Shown here: piece by piece, positions 50,753 through 62,439 of the stretch
Position numbering within the stretch: position 1 is the stretch's first letter
Layout of the letters: the number at the start of each line of letters is the position of its first letter
Origin: Hypanus sabinus
Taxonomy: Eukaryota
NCBI RefSeq assembly: GCF_030144855.1
Contig: NC_082709.1
Span: 25,048,001-25,112,000 of the forward strand
Length of the DNA: 64,000 bases
Direction of reading: 5' to 3'
The notes under the pieces: generated by a model
Told to the model about the DNA's origin: nothing
Database searches by the model: none
The model's input: the letters and a program-made list of their open reading frames with translations, nothing else
Translations under genes and position numbers: made by a program

Positions 50753-51310
50753 CTCAGAATCAGGTTTATTATCACTGGCATGTGTTGTGGAATTTGTTAA
50801 CCTAGCAGCAACAGTTTAATGCAATACATGATATAGAAGAAAAAGAAGAAGAAAATAATAATAATAATAAATAAATAAATCACAGCATATGTATATTGAA
50901 TCGATTAAAAATCGTGCAAAAAACAAATAATATATTGTTAAAAAGTGGGGTAGTGTTCATGGGTTCAATGTCCACTTAGGAATCAGATAGCAGAGGGGAA
51001 GAAGCTGTTCTTGAATCACTGAGTGTGAGGCTTCAGGCTTCTGTACCTTCTACCTGATGGTAACAGTGAGAAAAGGGCATGCCCTGGGTGCTGGAGGTCC
51101 TTAATAATGGACGCTGCCTTTCTGAGACGCCGCTCTTTGGAGATATCTTGGGTACTTTGTAGGCTAGTACCCAAGATGGAGCCGACTAAATTCACAATCC
51201 TCTGTAACTTCTTTCGGTCTTGTGCGGTAGCTCCCCTCCCCCATACCAGACAGTGATGCAGCCTGTCAGAACGCTCTCCACGGTACAGCTATAGAAATTT
51301 CTTAGTGTAT
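50753..51310 (-). mobile_element. Rex1-like LINE 3' end
   Basis: Same tail (agaatcaggtttattatcactg) as 14104-14136 and same 3' body as 15473-15820. Confidence 0.75.
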
Positions 51311-52159
51311 TGCTATATTCTGTCTGCATTGCTCTCTATAACCTTTAAGTGTCCATTCCTTTGTTTTTCACATCTTTCTGCAAATATTCTGTGACTTTGT
51401 TTTTACCATCCTCAAAGAAAAGAGTTCCAAAGGTTTATGACCCTTTGAAAGAAAAAAAATCTCTCTTTATTTCTGTCTTAAATGGGCAACCCATTATTTT
51501 TAAATAACAAATGATGGTTCTGGATGCTCGTACAATAAGAAATGTCTCTCCACATTCATCTCTCAAGATCCCTCAGGATCATTATGTTTCATTCAAGTCT
51601 GCTGTCAGCCTTATAAACCCTAGTGGAATCAACGTGGTCCATCCAACCTTTCATCATGAAACAACTTACACTTTTCAGTGATTAAGCTAATAAATCTTTT
51701 CTGAACTGCTTCAAATATATTAACATCCTTCTTAAACTGAGATATTCCTGGCTTGTTGAATACTTAGTTCATATTAATTTAGGTTTAGGTGGCTTTTGAT
51801 TGTTTGCAATATCAGTTCAAGGGAATGAAACCCTTTGGAACAAATACACCCATGGTCTATCTCAGGAATGTACTGCAGAAAGCATGTTAGAACTCAGTAT
51901 GGTGAATTCATGCAGGAACCTATATTATTAGACATAAATATTTATCTGTCATATTTGTAAAATCAAAGCCTCGATATAATCTGTCACACTGAAGATGAAT
52001 ACATTGTATTCATGTAAAAACGTGTGTAAATAAGGGAAGTCTGCAGCTTGTTTTTGGAGTTTTTGACAAAATAATATTGACTAACATTGCAGAAACATTT
52101 GGCTGACAGTTACTTTATTTATGTGTAAATTTACTGAAGACAGACTTGTAACCATCACT

Positions 52160-52335
52160 CTCTGGGTTTTAGCTAGTCCTCCTTTCCCTCCCCCTCCCAC
52201 CTTTTTATTCTGGCTTCTTTCCCCTTCCTTTCCAATCCAGAAGAAAGGTCTGAGACTGAAACGTGGACTGTTTTCTCATTTCCACAGATGCTGCCTGACC
52301 AGGTGAGTTCTTCCAGCATTTTGTGTGTGTTACTC
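52160..52335 (+). mobile_element. PLE pseudo-LTR fragment (others at about 21750-21850 + and 63450-63680 -)
   Basis: Decayed hammerhead motif and gatgctgcctgacc..gagttc..ccagcattttgtgtg tail. Confidence 0.7.
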
Positions 52336-53192
52336 TCTCTGTAAATCTGCAGAATTGTTGTTCCTTATAGATATTGCATTGATTTTATCTTTTTATTAAA
52401 TTTATGTCAAAATGAAATGTCACATCTTCCTGTTCAGGCTACAAGATTTTCATGACCTGTCTGCTTGTACTTGAACGCTGTTGTTACGGCTTTGATGTGT
52501 CCCAAAGCAATTATCTTTCCTCAATTGAGATCACATTCATTCATTAACCTGTAAAATTGAGTTAACTGAAATTTTGAGGGGACTGCCAGTGTGGAGGTTA
52601 AATACCTATCTAGACTGTTGAAATGAAATGGCTGTTAGTGTGCTTAATTTCAATATAAGTTTACAGAAATCTAATTGATGGCATCAAAGCCAAAGATATG
52701 TGAGTTTTAGTAACAAAGTATAAGGAATCTTCAGACCAGTTCTAACTCTCCAATTAGTTCGACTTCACTGATATTTCCATTCGGGCCTGCAAGTTTTTAA
52801 AAGAAAACCTTATTTTACCTCTTGAAAGTCAATATTACATCTGCTTCTACCACTCTTTTAGTGATTTCCAGATCATTATAATGTTAAAGTACATTTATTA
52901 TTGAAGTATGTATATATTATACAAGCTTGAGATCTGTCTCTTTACAGGCAGCCACAAAACAAGAAATCCAAAACAATCCGTTAAAAAAAGATGTGCAAAG
53001 AGAGAGGAAAAAAAACAAGTCCTGCAAATAATAAAAGTAAGCAAATAGCATTTAGAATGAAAGTGAGTCCATAGACATGAAGCCCAGAGAAGGCCCACAG
53101 CCTCAGTGTAGCAAAAAACTGAGGAAATGTCATAGAACTGTCCCAACACCCATCCTTTTCAATCCATCCAGACTGGCGTTAAAATCATAATA

Positions 53193-54040
53193 TAGGTCCA
53201 CAATCCCTTATCCGAATCCTTGGGGCCAGTTGCATTTCGGAATTTAGAATTTTGCAGATTTCAAATTCCACCCCCCCCCCCCCCCACACACACACCCGCC
53301 GGATACCAAGAAACACGTATGCTCAAGTCCCTTATTTAACCTGTCATAGTGCGGTGGACTTTAGGACNNNNNNNNNNNNNNNNNNNNNNNNNNNNNNNNN
53401 NNNNNNNNNNNNNNNNNNNNNNNNNNNNNNNNNNNNNNNNNNNNNNNNNNNNNNNNNNNNNNNNNNNNNNNNNNNNNNNNNNNNNNNNNNNNNNNNNNNN
53501 NNNNNNNNNNNNNNNNNNNNNNNACATTCAATAAAATAAAAATATACAGCTTCAAATGAACCGAATCAAAAACATGGTAAATGACTTATTGTAATAAATG
53601 TAGAATGTCTCTGTCACTGTCACTATAAAACTATAGTAACTTGTCTTTCTGTTTCTTTAAATCATATGCAATGGTAGTTCCGACACCATATTTTTCAGTA
53701 AGACGCCGCACAGACACACCATGATCAAGCTTTTGCAATAACTCCACTTTCTGCGTTATTGATAATGATAGATGCTTCCTTCTCTTTTTCTCATTGTTCC
53801 CCATAGGGGAATCTGCAGCTCGTTTTGACATTTTCACAGTGAAATTAAACACAAAGTCAACAGTGAACACAAAATATCAGCGAACAGCAAATGCACGTGT
53901 TTCCAGTACGAACACTGAGCCACAACTGACGTCTGGTGGCCTCGTCACACCTGACACCTGACATCAGCTGTTGGCAGAAAAAACTTTGGTTTTTGGAGCT
54001 TTTTGGATTTCAGAATTTCAGATAAAGGGATGTGCACCTG
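53193..54040 (-). mobile_element. Tigger4/Jerky-like pogo DNA transposon, internally deleted, spanning a gap
   Basis: Imperfect TIRs with TA on both sides; transposase N-terminus at 53831-53634 (MSKRAADSPMGNNEKKRRKHLSLSITQKVELLQKLD..., HTH-psq). Confidence 0.85.
53368..53523. other. Assembly gap (N run)
   Basis: 156 N. Confidence 1.
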
Positions 54041-54129
54041 TACATTTTTTGATAAAGGAAATTTTTCTCACATTGTACTAGATCTTAAATACTGTGTTTA
54101 CTGTTTATCATCCTATTATTGGAGACAGT

Positions 54130-55075
54130 TTGATTTGGAAGAGGGGCCTATGTAGTGTAGCAAAATTTGCTGATGGCACTAAACTGAGTGGAAAAGCACA
54201 GAGGATGTGGAGAATCTGCAGAGGGATATAGATAGGTCAAGTGAGTGGGCCAACATCTGGCAGATGGAGTACAACATTGGTAAATGCGAGATCATCCACT
54301 TTGGAAGGAATAATAGAAGAGCAGATTATTATTTAAATGGTGAAAGATTGCAGCATGCTGTTGTGCGGAGGGACTTGGGAGTGCTTGTTCATGAATCGCA
54401 AAAGGTTGGCTTCCTGGTACAACAGGTTATTAAGAAGGCAAACGGAATGTTGCCCTTCATTGCTAGAGGGATTGAATTCAAGAGCAGGGAGGTCGTGCGG
54501 CAACTATACAGGGTACTGGTGAGGCTGCACCTGGAATACTGTGTGCAGATCTGGTCTCCATACTTGAGGAAGGATATACTGGAGGCAGTGCAGAGGAGGT
54601 TCCCCAGGTTAATTCCAGAGATGAAGGGGTTAACCTATGCAGAGAGATTGAGTTACCTGGGATTATACTCTGTGGAATTCAGAAGAATGAGAGGGGATCT
54701 TATAGAAACATACAAAGTTTTGAAAGGGATAGATAATATAGAAGTAGGAAAGTTGTTTTGAGACTAGAACTAGGGGACATTGCTTCAATACTCAGGGGAG
54801 AAAATTTAGGATGGAGATGAGGAGAAACAGTTTTTCCCAGAGAGTAGTGAATCTGTGGAATTCTCTGCCCAGGGAAGCAGTTGAGGCTTCTTCACTAAAT
54901 ATATTTAAGATGCAGTTAGATAGGTTTTTACATAATAAGGGAATTAAGGGTTATGGGGAAAAGGCAGGTAGATGAAGCTGAGTTTACGGACAGATCAGCC
55001 ATGATCTTATTGAATAGCGGGGCAGGCTCGATGGACTGGATGGCCGACTCCTGCTCCTATTTCTTATGTTCTTGT
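54130..55075 (+). mobile_element. CR1 LINE 3' portion
   Basis: 184-aa ORF LQRDIDR..WQMEYNIGKC..LHLEYCVQIWSP; tail ttcttatgttct. Confidence 0.9.
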
Positions 55076-55949
55076 GAAAACCCCTTGTTATTTTGAACAT
55101 AACTCTTGAATCTGTTTACCTATACCGTGCAATAGAGACCTGACTTATTTAGTCTTTTCAGATAATTGAAATTCGGTATCCGTGATTTTATTACTGTAGG
55201 AAATTTTTATGTCTATCAGTTCATGATGTAAAATATGATAGTCAGATTATATCAAGGCTTCAATTTCTGACAGTGTCAGCAGAGCATAATTGAACAAACC
55301 CTATTAATGAGAAGCTGCCCTGTCCTTACACCAAAAGATTTCTAGTTCCATTGTCATTCTGTGCCTGTTAGGTAATCTCAATTGGGCTATTCTTCAATTC
55401 TTCATATGATATTATTACCTCCTTGATTAAGAACTGGCAGGTTTGGATTGGAGGGAAAGCAATTATGCTGAAAAAAGAAAAGTTTCTGGGTGCCAGAGAA
55501 AATATTAGGAAAGGAGTTTAACTGAAGACTGAGGTTCCAAATCCCCTCAGAAATTCTGGCCTCTGGAAGCCTAACATGTGCCCTTGTCACATTTAAACTC
55601 TGCTAAATAAGCAAAATGATTGATCCCTAACTATCATATTATGCAAATCACTAAGGTCACTATTAATCAGAAACCTAACTGATTCAGCCACATAGATACT
55701 GTGGCTACGATATTTACTGTGACTCCTGGATGGCATGATCTGCATTGAGTGATTCACTTCCTGACTTCAGAAACTTTTTCACTATCTGTTAGGCAGATGT
55801 TGGAAATATTATGGCATACATTTCACTTGACTGAATAAGTACAGCTACAAACAATCCACAGGAAATTAATCTGTTTGATTAGTATCCCCATCTATTACCT
55901 TGAAAATTCTTTCCTGCTGCCGCATAGTTGCAATGTGTACCATCTAGAA

Positions 55950-57890
55950 CATATATGTCAAACTCAAGGCCCGTGGGCCAAATCCGGCCCGCGGTGGAAT
56001 TATCTTTGGCCCGCGAGATAATATCTAATTACTATTAAAGCTGGCCCCAGTAATCGAAGCGTCTATGGCATATGATATGGCTAATGCTGAGTTTATTCAG
56101 GTATGAGGTTTTCAGGGTTTTTAGTGTTTATTCGGTTTCCCTGGTTTATTTCCTGAATATCATTAATGAATAATTTTTTTCTATTAGAGCTGGCCCGCCG
56201 GTATATTGCATGCACCACTAATACTACAAATCCCACAATGCACTGCCAGTGCATTGCTCGCGCTTGCCTTACTCTCTCATCAGCATCCTTATGATGCTAG
56301 TCACGTGTGGTCAACTTTCAGCTATCCCTCACCCCAAAAATGGCTGAACGAAAGGTGGACTTTGAAAACAGGGGTTTTCAAGGCAGGTGGGAGGCAGAGT
56401 ATATGTTCGCAGATATAAAGGGCAAACCTGTTTGTCTTGTGTGTGGAGACGGTGTGGCTGTAATTAAAGAATATAACGTAAGACGACACTATGAAATGAA
56501 ACACCACGACAAATACAAGCATCTGGACAAGAAACAGAAGCCCGCGATGTGCGGTCAAAAGAGTGGATTGGTGGGCAGGATCCGGGAGAAGATGCGGGAG
56601 GAAAATGGCGCAGGTGAGCTGACAGCTTATCACTGCATCATACACCAGGAATCGTTGTGTGGCAAAGCCTTGAAAATGGAACATATAATGAGCACCATAA
56701 CACGAGCAGTTAACTTCATAAGAGCCAAAGGTTTAAATCACCACAAGTTCAAGTCGTTTCTGAAGGAGTTGGGTTCAGAATATAATGATTTGCCCTATCA
56801 CACAGAGGTGCGATGGTTAAGCCAAGGAAAAGTGCTGAAAAGATGTTTCGAGTTGCGTGAGGAGATCTGTCAGTTCATGGAAAGCAAAGGGAAAGACACA
56901 ACCTAGCTCCGGGATAAAAAGTTGCTTTGTGAAATGGCGTTTCTGTGTGACATCACGAGCCATCTCAATGCGCTCAACCTGCAGCTTCAGGGGCGGGGTC
57001 GTGTGATCACAGACATATACGCTGCAGTGAGGGCTTTTAAAACCAAGCTGCGCCTGTGGGAGACGCAGATGCAGCAAGAAAACTTGAGCCATTTTCCGTG
57101 TTGCCAAACTATGAAAGAGCATGTTTCTACCGCAGTGTTCCCACGTGCAAAGTTTGCTGAAAAACTTAGCATACTTGGTGCCGACTTCACACGGCGATTT
57201 GCCGACTTTGAAGCCCAAAAAAGCAAATTTGAACTGCTCAGTAATCCATTTGCAGCTGACGTGGAAAGCGCACCAACCAACATACAAATGGAGCTGATTG
57301 AACTCCAATGTAGTGACACATTCAGGGCAAAGTATGACTCGGTGGGCGCTGCACAGGTTCTACGTTTCATTCCCGACACAATGCCCCAGCTGCGTACCCA
57401 AGCTGCTCAAATGCCCTCTATGTTCGGCAGCACGTATCTGTGTGAACAACTGTTCTCTTTGATGAAGATAAACAAAACATCACACAGGAGTTGTCTTTCT
57501 GATGAACACCTTCACTCAATTCTGAGGATTTCCTCAGCTCAGAGCCTGACTCCAAACATTGATGAACTTGCATCCAAGATGAGATGCCAAGTATCTGGCT
57601 TAGACTAGTGTGAATCACAGAGTGTTAGCCTGTGGAAAAATGTTTTCATTAGAAATTACTCCGGAAAAGCTGCAGATAAAGCCATAAGAAGTAAATGCAA
57701 CTGATTTTTTATTTATTTAATGTTCAATGTTGTTTTTGTAGGCAATAACCTAAGCTTTGTTAGTTCCAGGTTAATATGTGTAATAAATTCATTTCAATAA
57801 GTTTTGCAATAAACGCTGAACCAGTCCGGCCCTCGACTTGTACCGATTTTTAAATTTTGGCCCACTGTGTATTTGAGTTTGACACCCCTG
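55950..57890 (+). mobile_element. hAT-Charlie DNA transposon (GTF2IRD2-like transposase), internally deleted
   Basis: 8-bp TSD ATCTAGAA; TIR core TGTCAAACTCA; ggccc subterminal repeats. Confidence 0.92.
56340..57608 (+). pseudogene. hAT transposase with an in-frame deletion and one in-frame stop (56904-56906)
   Basis: KPVCLVC..RRHY..KH zinc finger, [30 protein letters not shown]. Confidence 0.88.
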
Positions 57891-60800
57891 ATCTAGAAAG
57901 TGCACTTCACTGCTTTGGCAAGCCATTTTCAATCAGACCTCCCAAGCTTGTATCCATTACCACCTAGAAGTATCAGAGCAGCTGGGGCTTTGAACCCCAG
58001 CACCTGCAAATTTCTCTTCAAGATACATGCCACCCTACTTTGAAAATATATTTTCTTCTTATTGCTGGGTTAGAATCATACCTTACAGCATCATGGGCGG
58101 GGGGGTGGGGGGGGTGGTGGTGTGTATCTTCACACCAAGGACGGCAAAGGTTCAAGAAGACATTTTCTCATAGGCAATTAGTACTCAAAAACAAGTAACA
58201 TGTTAGATCTGTAGAATAATCCTTCCAGTTACAAATGCAATACTTCTCCCAATGTGAAAAAGGACATTTTTGAATATCAACAAAATTATGTAGGAGAAGA
58301 TAGCTTTTAGCCACCAGCACCAAACAGATAAAGAGCATCAGGTGCCAGTTTTATCTACCTCCATAAATTCTGTTCCATTGACTTTAGTGTATCTAAGTGT
58401 GAAGGAATGAATACAGCAAACAACTGACATACATGAATACTTTAGCTTCAGCAACCAAATAATGTATTCTGTATCTTGTTTCTTATCAAGAGATAATAGC
58501 TGCTATATTTATGATGCATTAGTTCACTTCTAACCAATCTTTGTGTTGCTTTTGATTTGAAATTTGGAGTTGAAGTAATTGGTTAATGGCATGAAAGATT
58601 ACTGAAGTATATAAGGTTTTTTAACCAAGGTAAGATTTTCATAATAGATGCCAAGCATTTCTAAAGAGAACAAGAATCCCTTGTGTTACTTTGCCAATAA
58701 TAATTAATTTTATGGGTTGTACTTGCCTCTAATAAAACCATATAAAAATATTCAGTACTGTGAAAAATTTGCTGTATACGGTAAATTAACTCAAAACTAT
58801 GTACGAATATAAAAACGATATTAGACCAAAATAATGGTCCACTAAAATAATTTAGAAATGTACTTATTTTGCTTTTAGATACTGAAAACATTTAAAATGA
58901 ACCCATAGCTCCCTTGTTGAGGAAATTGTAACACTAATTAATTGTAACATTAATTATGAGTTTTCTCATAATTAATCTGTTTTAAAATGTTCAGAATTTA
59001 GTTTAACTAATCAATGTTAATTTAAAATCCTATAAAATAATCAATATCTGGTTAGCAATTATTCCTGAGAAATTTATGCAAATTGAACAGGATATATCTT
59101 TTGCATTGTCAGTGACTAACAGTAAAATATTGTTTCATTCCACTTTTGAAGAAGTATTCAGTAACCAAGCTGTGACCTGTTAAGTTACAAATTTATGCAG
59201 CATTCCTCACTTGAGTTTGAAAGAGTGTCATGTAATTATCCACAAGTGTATTCATTGTTAAGTGATAAAATAGATGCAGTTTTTAAATGTAGCAAAATCA
59301 TGCAGTGATTCATGTTTAAAGAAATGAATAAAAAAGCAGGAAATGTATCTGACACTTTAAATTTTGTTCATTAAACTCATTCATGATTAGTTAACAGGAT
59401 TAGACTTTATTCCTTAGTGTGTAGTTTTATGGTGATATTAATCAACCAATGCCTGTTTAAAGCATGTAAAGCACAAAAAAGTACATGAACCATTCTAAAT
59501 TAGTTTGCCAATTGGTCATTCTGGCCTCTTTATGTAATTTCCACCATCCAATTTACCTTCTACCACTATTAAAGGGTGACTTAATTTGTTTTATCATGTA
59601 AGATTCTGACAAATGGCCTGATGTGAATATGTTTCATTTCACAAAAGAAACTGCACAAAGCATCTGGAATCTGGGATATTGGACATGAGTCCCTTTCCTT
59701 GTTTGTTTCCGGTGTACTAAATTGGGCAGATTTTACCATGCAAATAGGTTTCAAAATGGAGCATGCCCTTTGACTATCTACATAATTACATGCTTGTCTC
59801 TGTATTTTATTTGGCTGCTGGAGCAGTTAACCTCTGAAAAAGAAAGCTGATGATGGCATGACCAGCACAAATATGCAGACACTGCAATGTCAATGCACTG
59901 TTGTTTAAGGCAGCCTCTAGTCCTAACCCTGAAACTCATGCCTCAACAGCCAACTGAAGTATATAATATGTAAATCTTTGTTGTTAACTTTTGTTGTAAA
60001 TTGTTAATTCATCTATTTTATTACAGATATCCTCAGCAGGTTATCACAATCAAAGAAAAGGCTTTTTAAAAACTATTTTTGTTTTTCTTCTCTGAAAACT
60101 GTTATCTATTTGTTTACACTCATTACAATTTATCAACAGCATGAATTTACTGTTAGTTAAATTTGAAGAATTCTTGGCTTTCTACTTGGATGAATAAGTG
60201 TATCTACCCTCGGGCAACATGTATTACAATTATTCAACAACTCCAATTTGTTGTGAAAATGTAGTCTTTGTCATTAGTCAATTTGAACAAATGCACCTTA
60301 GCAATAAGATAAATTTAGTATCTGCATTCTCTAACAAAGTTTGGAGGGGAAACAAATCTGTTAGTTAGAAAAATACTGCTTGCAGTATGTTTGTTATGTC
60401 CAGATGTTAGTATTTTCTTGGAGGCTTATTGTGAGGCATTGTGGTATATGACCAGCTGTCACTAATGATTGATGATGTTGATGTATCAAATGGGTTGTGA
60501 AGATGTGGTTTCAGAATAGCCACAGAAATATTAAGATTTTTCTTCCCTGGAAAGGAAATGTGTGGGTAGTTCCAGAATGTTCCCACATTATTTCCAAGCT
60601 CCCATGAGATATGTGATTTCATCACTATTTTCCCCAAATTGAAATGCCGTTATTTCTTAACTTTTGGGGCAAAGGGAAGTTACAGACAACTATTTAAAAT
60701 GTTATTTTTCTGAAGTAAATTTATTGATGGCATTATATTTGAATTTGGTATCTAAGGCTAAAATCCCAATTCTTTAAAATAAAATGTGATAAATAGCTGT

Positions 60801-62439
60801 AATTGATTATAGATTGATAAAGTAAACTGTAATAAAATAGTGGCCAACTCTGCAATATGCTTTTGATTTTCATCTTAGCAATGTTTTGCTGCAAATGTTT
60901 GAGATCTGTTTAACCCAAAGTTAGCAAAGGTAATCTGTGTAACCCATTTTGTCATAGAAAAACAATGGCAATTGAAAACTTGTATTAATACTCAGTAATA
61001 CTCACTGAGTATTATTTTTATAATTCAAAAACACTGTTGTAATTTTGAATTAAAATTTGTTTTCAAAGCTCTCAAAGTTTGATTGTTTATATTTTGAAGA
61101 ATCAGATTTAATACCATTCTATTAAATGGGTGTTCATTTATGTTTACTAATATGAAAAATACTTTCCCATAATCCCAAGATTATGATAACAAATAACTTT
61201 GACTCTTTTCAGGTTAATAACTTTTGAAAAAAGCAGTTTTTGCTTGAAAGGAAGTTTAAGATAAGTTACCTGTTTACATAAAGCCATATTTTCTAAAGTT
61301 CAAAGAATTTTATTAGTTTCCCTAATTCATTTTTAATAGTTTTTTACAGTTTGCTTTTAATTAATCCATAATTATTGGTAAGTCTAGATGGATAACAGCA
61401 ATGAATCAGTGAACTCTACAAATAGCAGAATTAATTAATCCTCCTAAAAGTTACTAGCTTTATTGTATTACAATTAATGAGTAGTGATTACATTGAAACT
61501 ATTGGGTTGACACCGCACTGTTTTGCTCTCAATTAATTAAAGTATCATTCCATTAATAAGATGCTTTCAGTATCTGGGTGCCAGCACTTAATGTGTCACT
61601 ATACCTGGGGTTCCTCAAAGTAAATTCAAATGTCTGGCATGAGTGGAAATTGGAGAGGAAATAGTTTGGAGATTGATGTAGTGATGGATAATGACTGTAT
61701 TTCATTGAGATGAAAATTTGCCCTTCTCAGCAGCATTTTAATAGTCAATGTGCTTTAAATCATATAAGCAAATTTAGTAAGTATACTGTAATTGTTTGAC
61801 TTGTTATGCATTTCGAGAAGATAGTGTACAGAACTATATCAGTATAAGATCATAATATGATTATTGCTGAAGGTAAATTTTTATGGAAACCAACTAATTT
61901 TGAGAGGCATTTTAAGGGCATGGCATTCTGCTGTGCATCAGAATTTGCATTCCCCCTTGGGGTGAAAAAAAAAGCTCGTATTAATGAATTATTTTTAAAG
62001 TATAAAAGATTAGTCACTGGCAATGTTGGAATCAAAATATTTTCATTTAGTTAATTTTCTGCACCCTTTTAAAATACATTGTTGCATTGCTGTAAGGTTT
62101 GGACTCAGTAAGAATAAAAGAAACTGATATAATTCCAAAGGAAAGATGCTGTATGAATTGCAAGTGAACCAGCACTTTGTATATTCCTTTGTCCTTATCT
62201 GTAGAGATTGTGGGTTGGGAAATGTCATGAAGAGCACACTGAATTGTATGTTATAGATAGGACAAACTGCGGTCACATATTGCCAAATGAATTTTTATGG
62301 TGGTGGATGGGTTCCATTCAAAGCAGATCATTTTGTCTCGATTGCTCTAGAGATTCTTGAATGTCAAATAACGATATTTGGTAATATTTTTATTTACTGT
62401 AAATCAAACTAGTTATAGTTGGTTTCTCAGTCTGGAGTT

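Noticed and set aside
53631-53870. Host JRK/JRKL gene
   Set aside because: Truncated after the HTH domain and flanked by TIRs
54207-54761. 184-aa ORF as a host gene
   Set aside because: CR1 ORF2 C-terminus followed by a CR1 3' UTR
56307-57608. Domesticated GTF2IRD2/EPM2AIP1-like gene
   Set aside because: TIRs and TSD are present, the catalytic region is deleted and there is an internal stop
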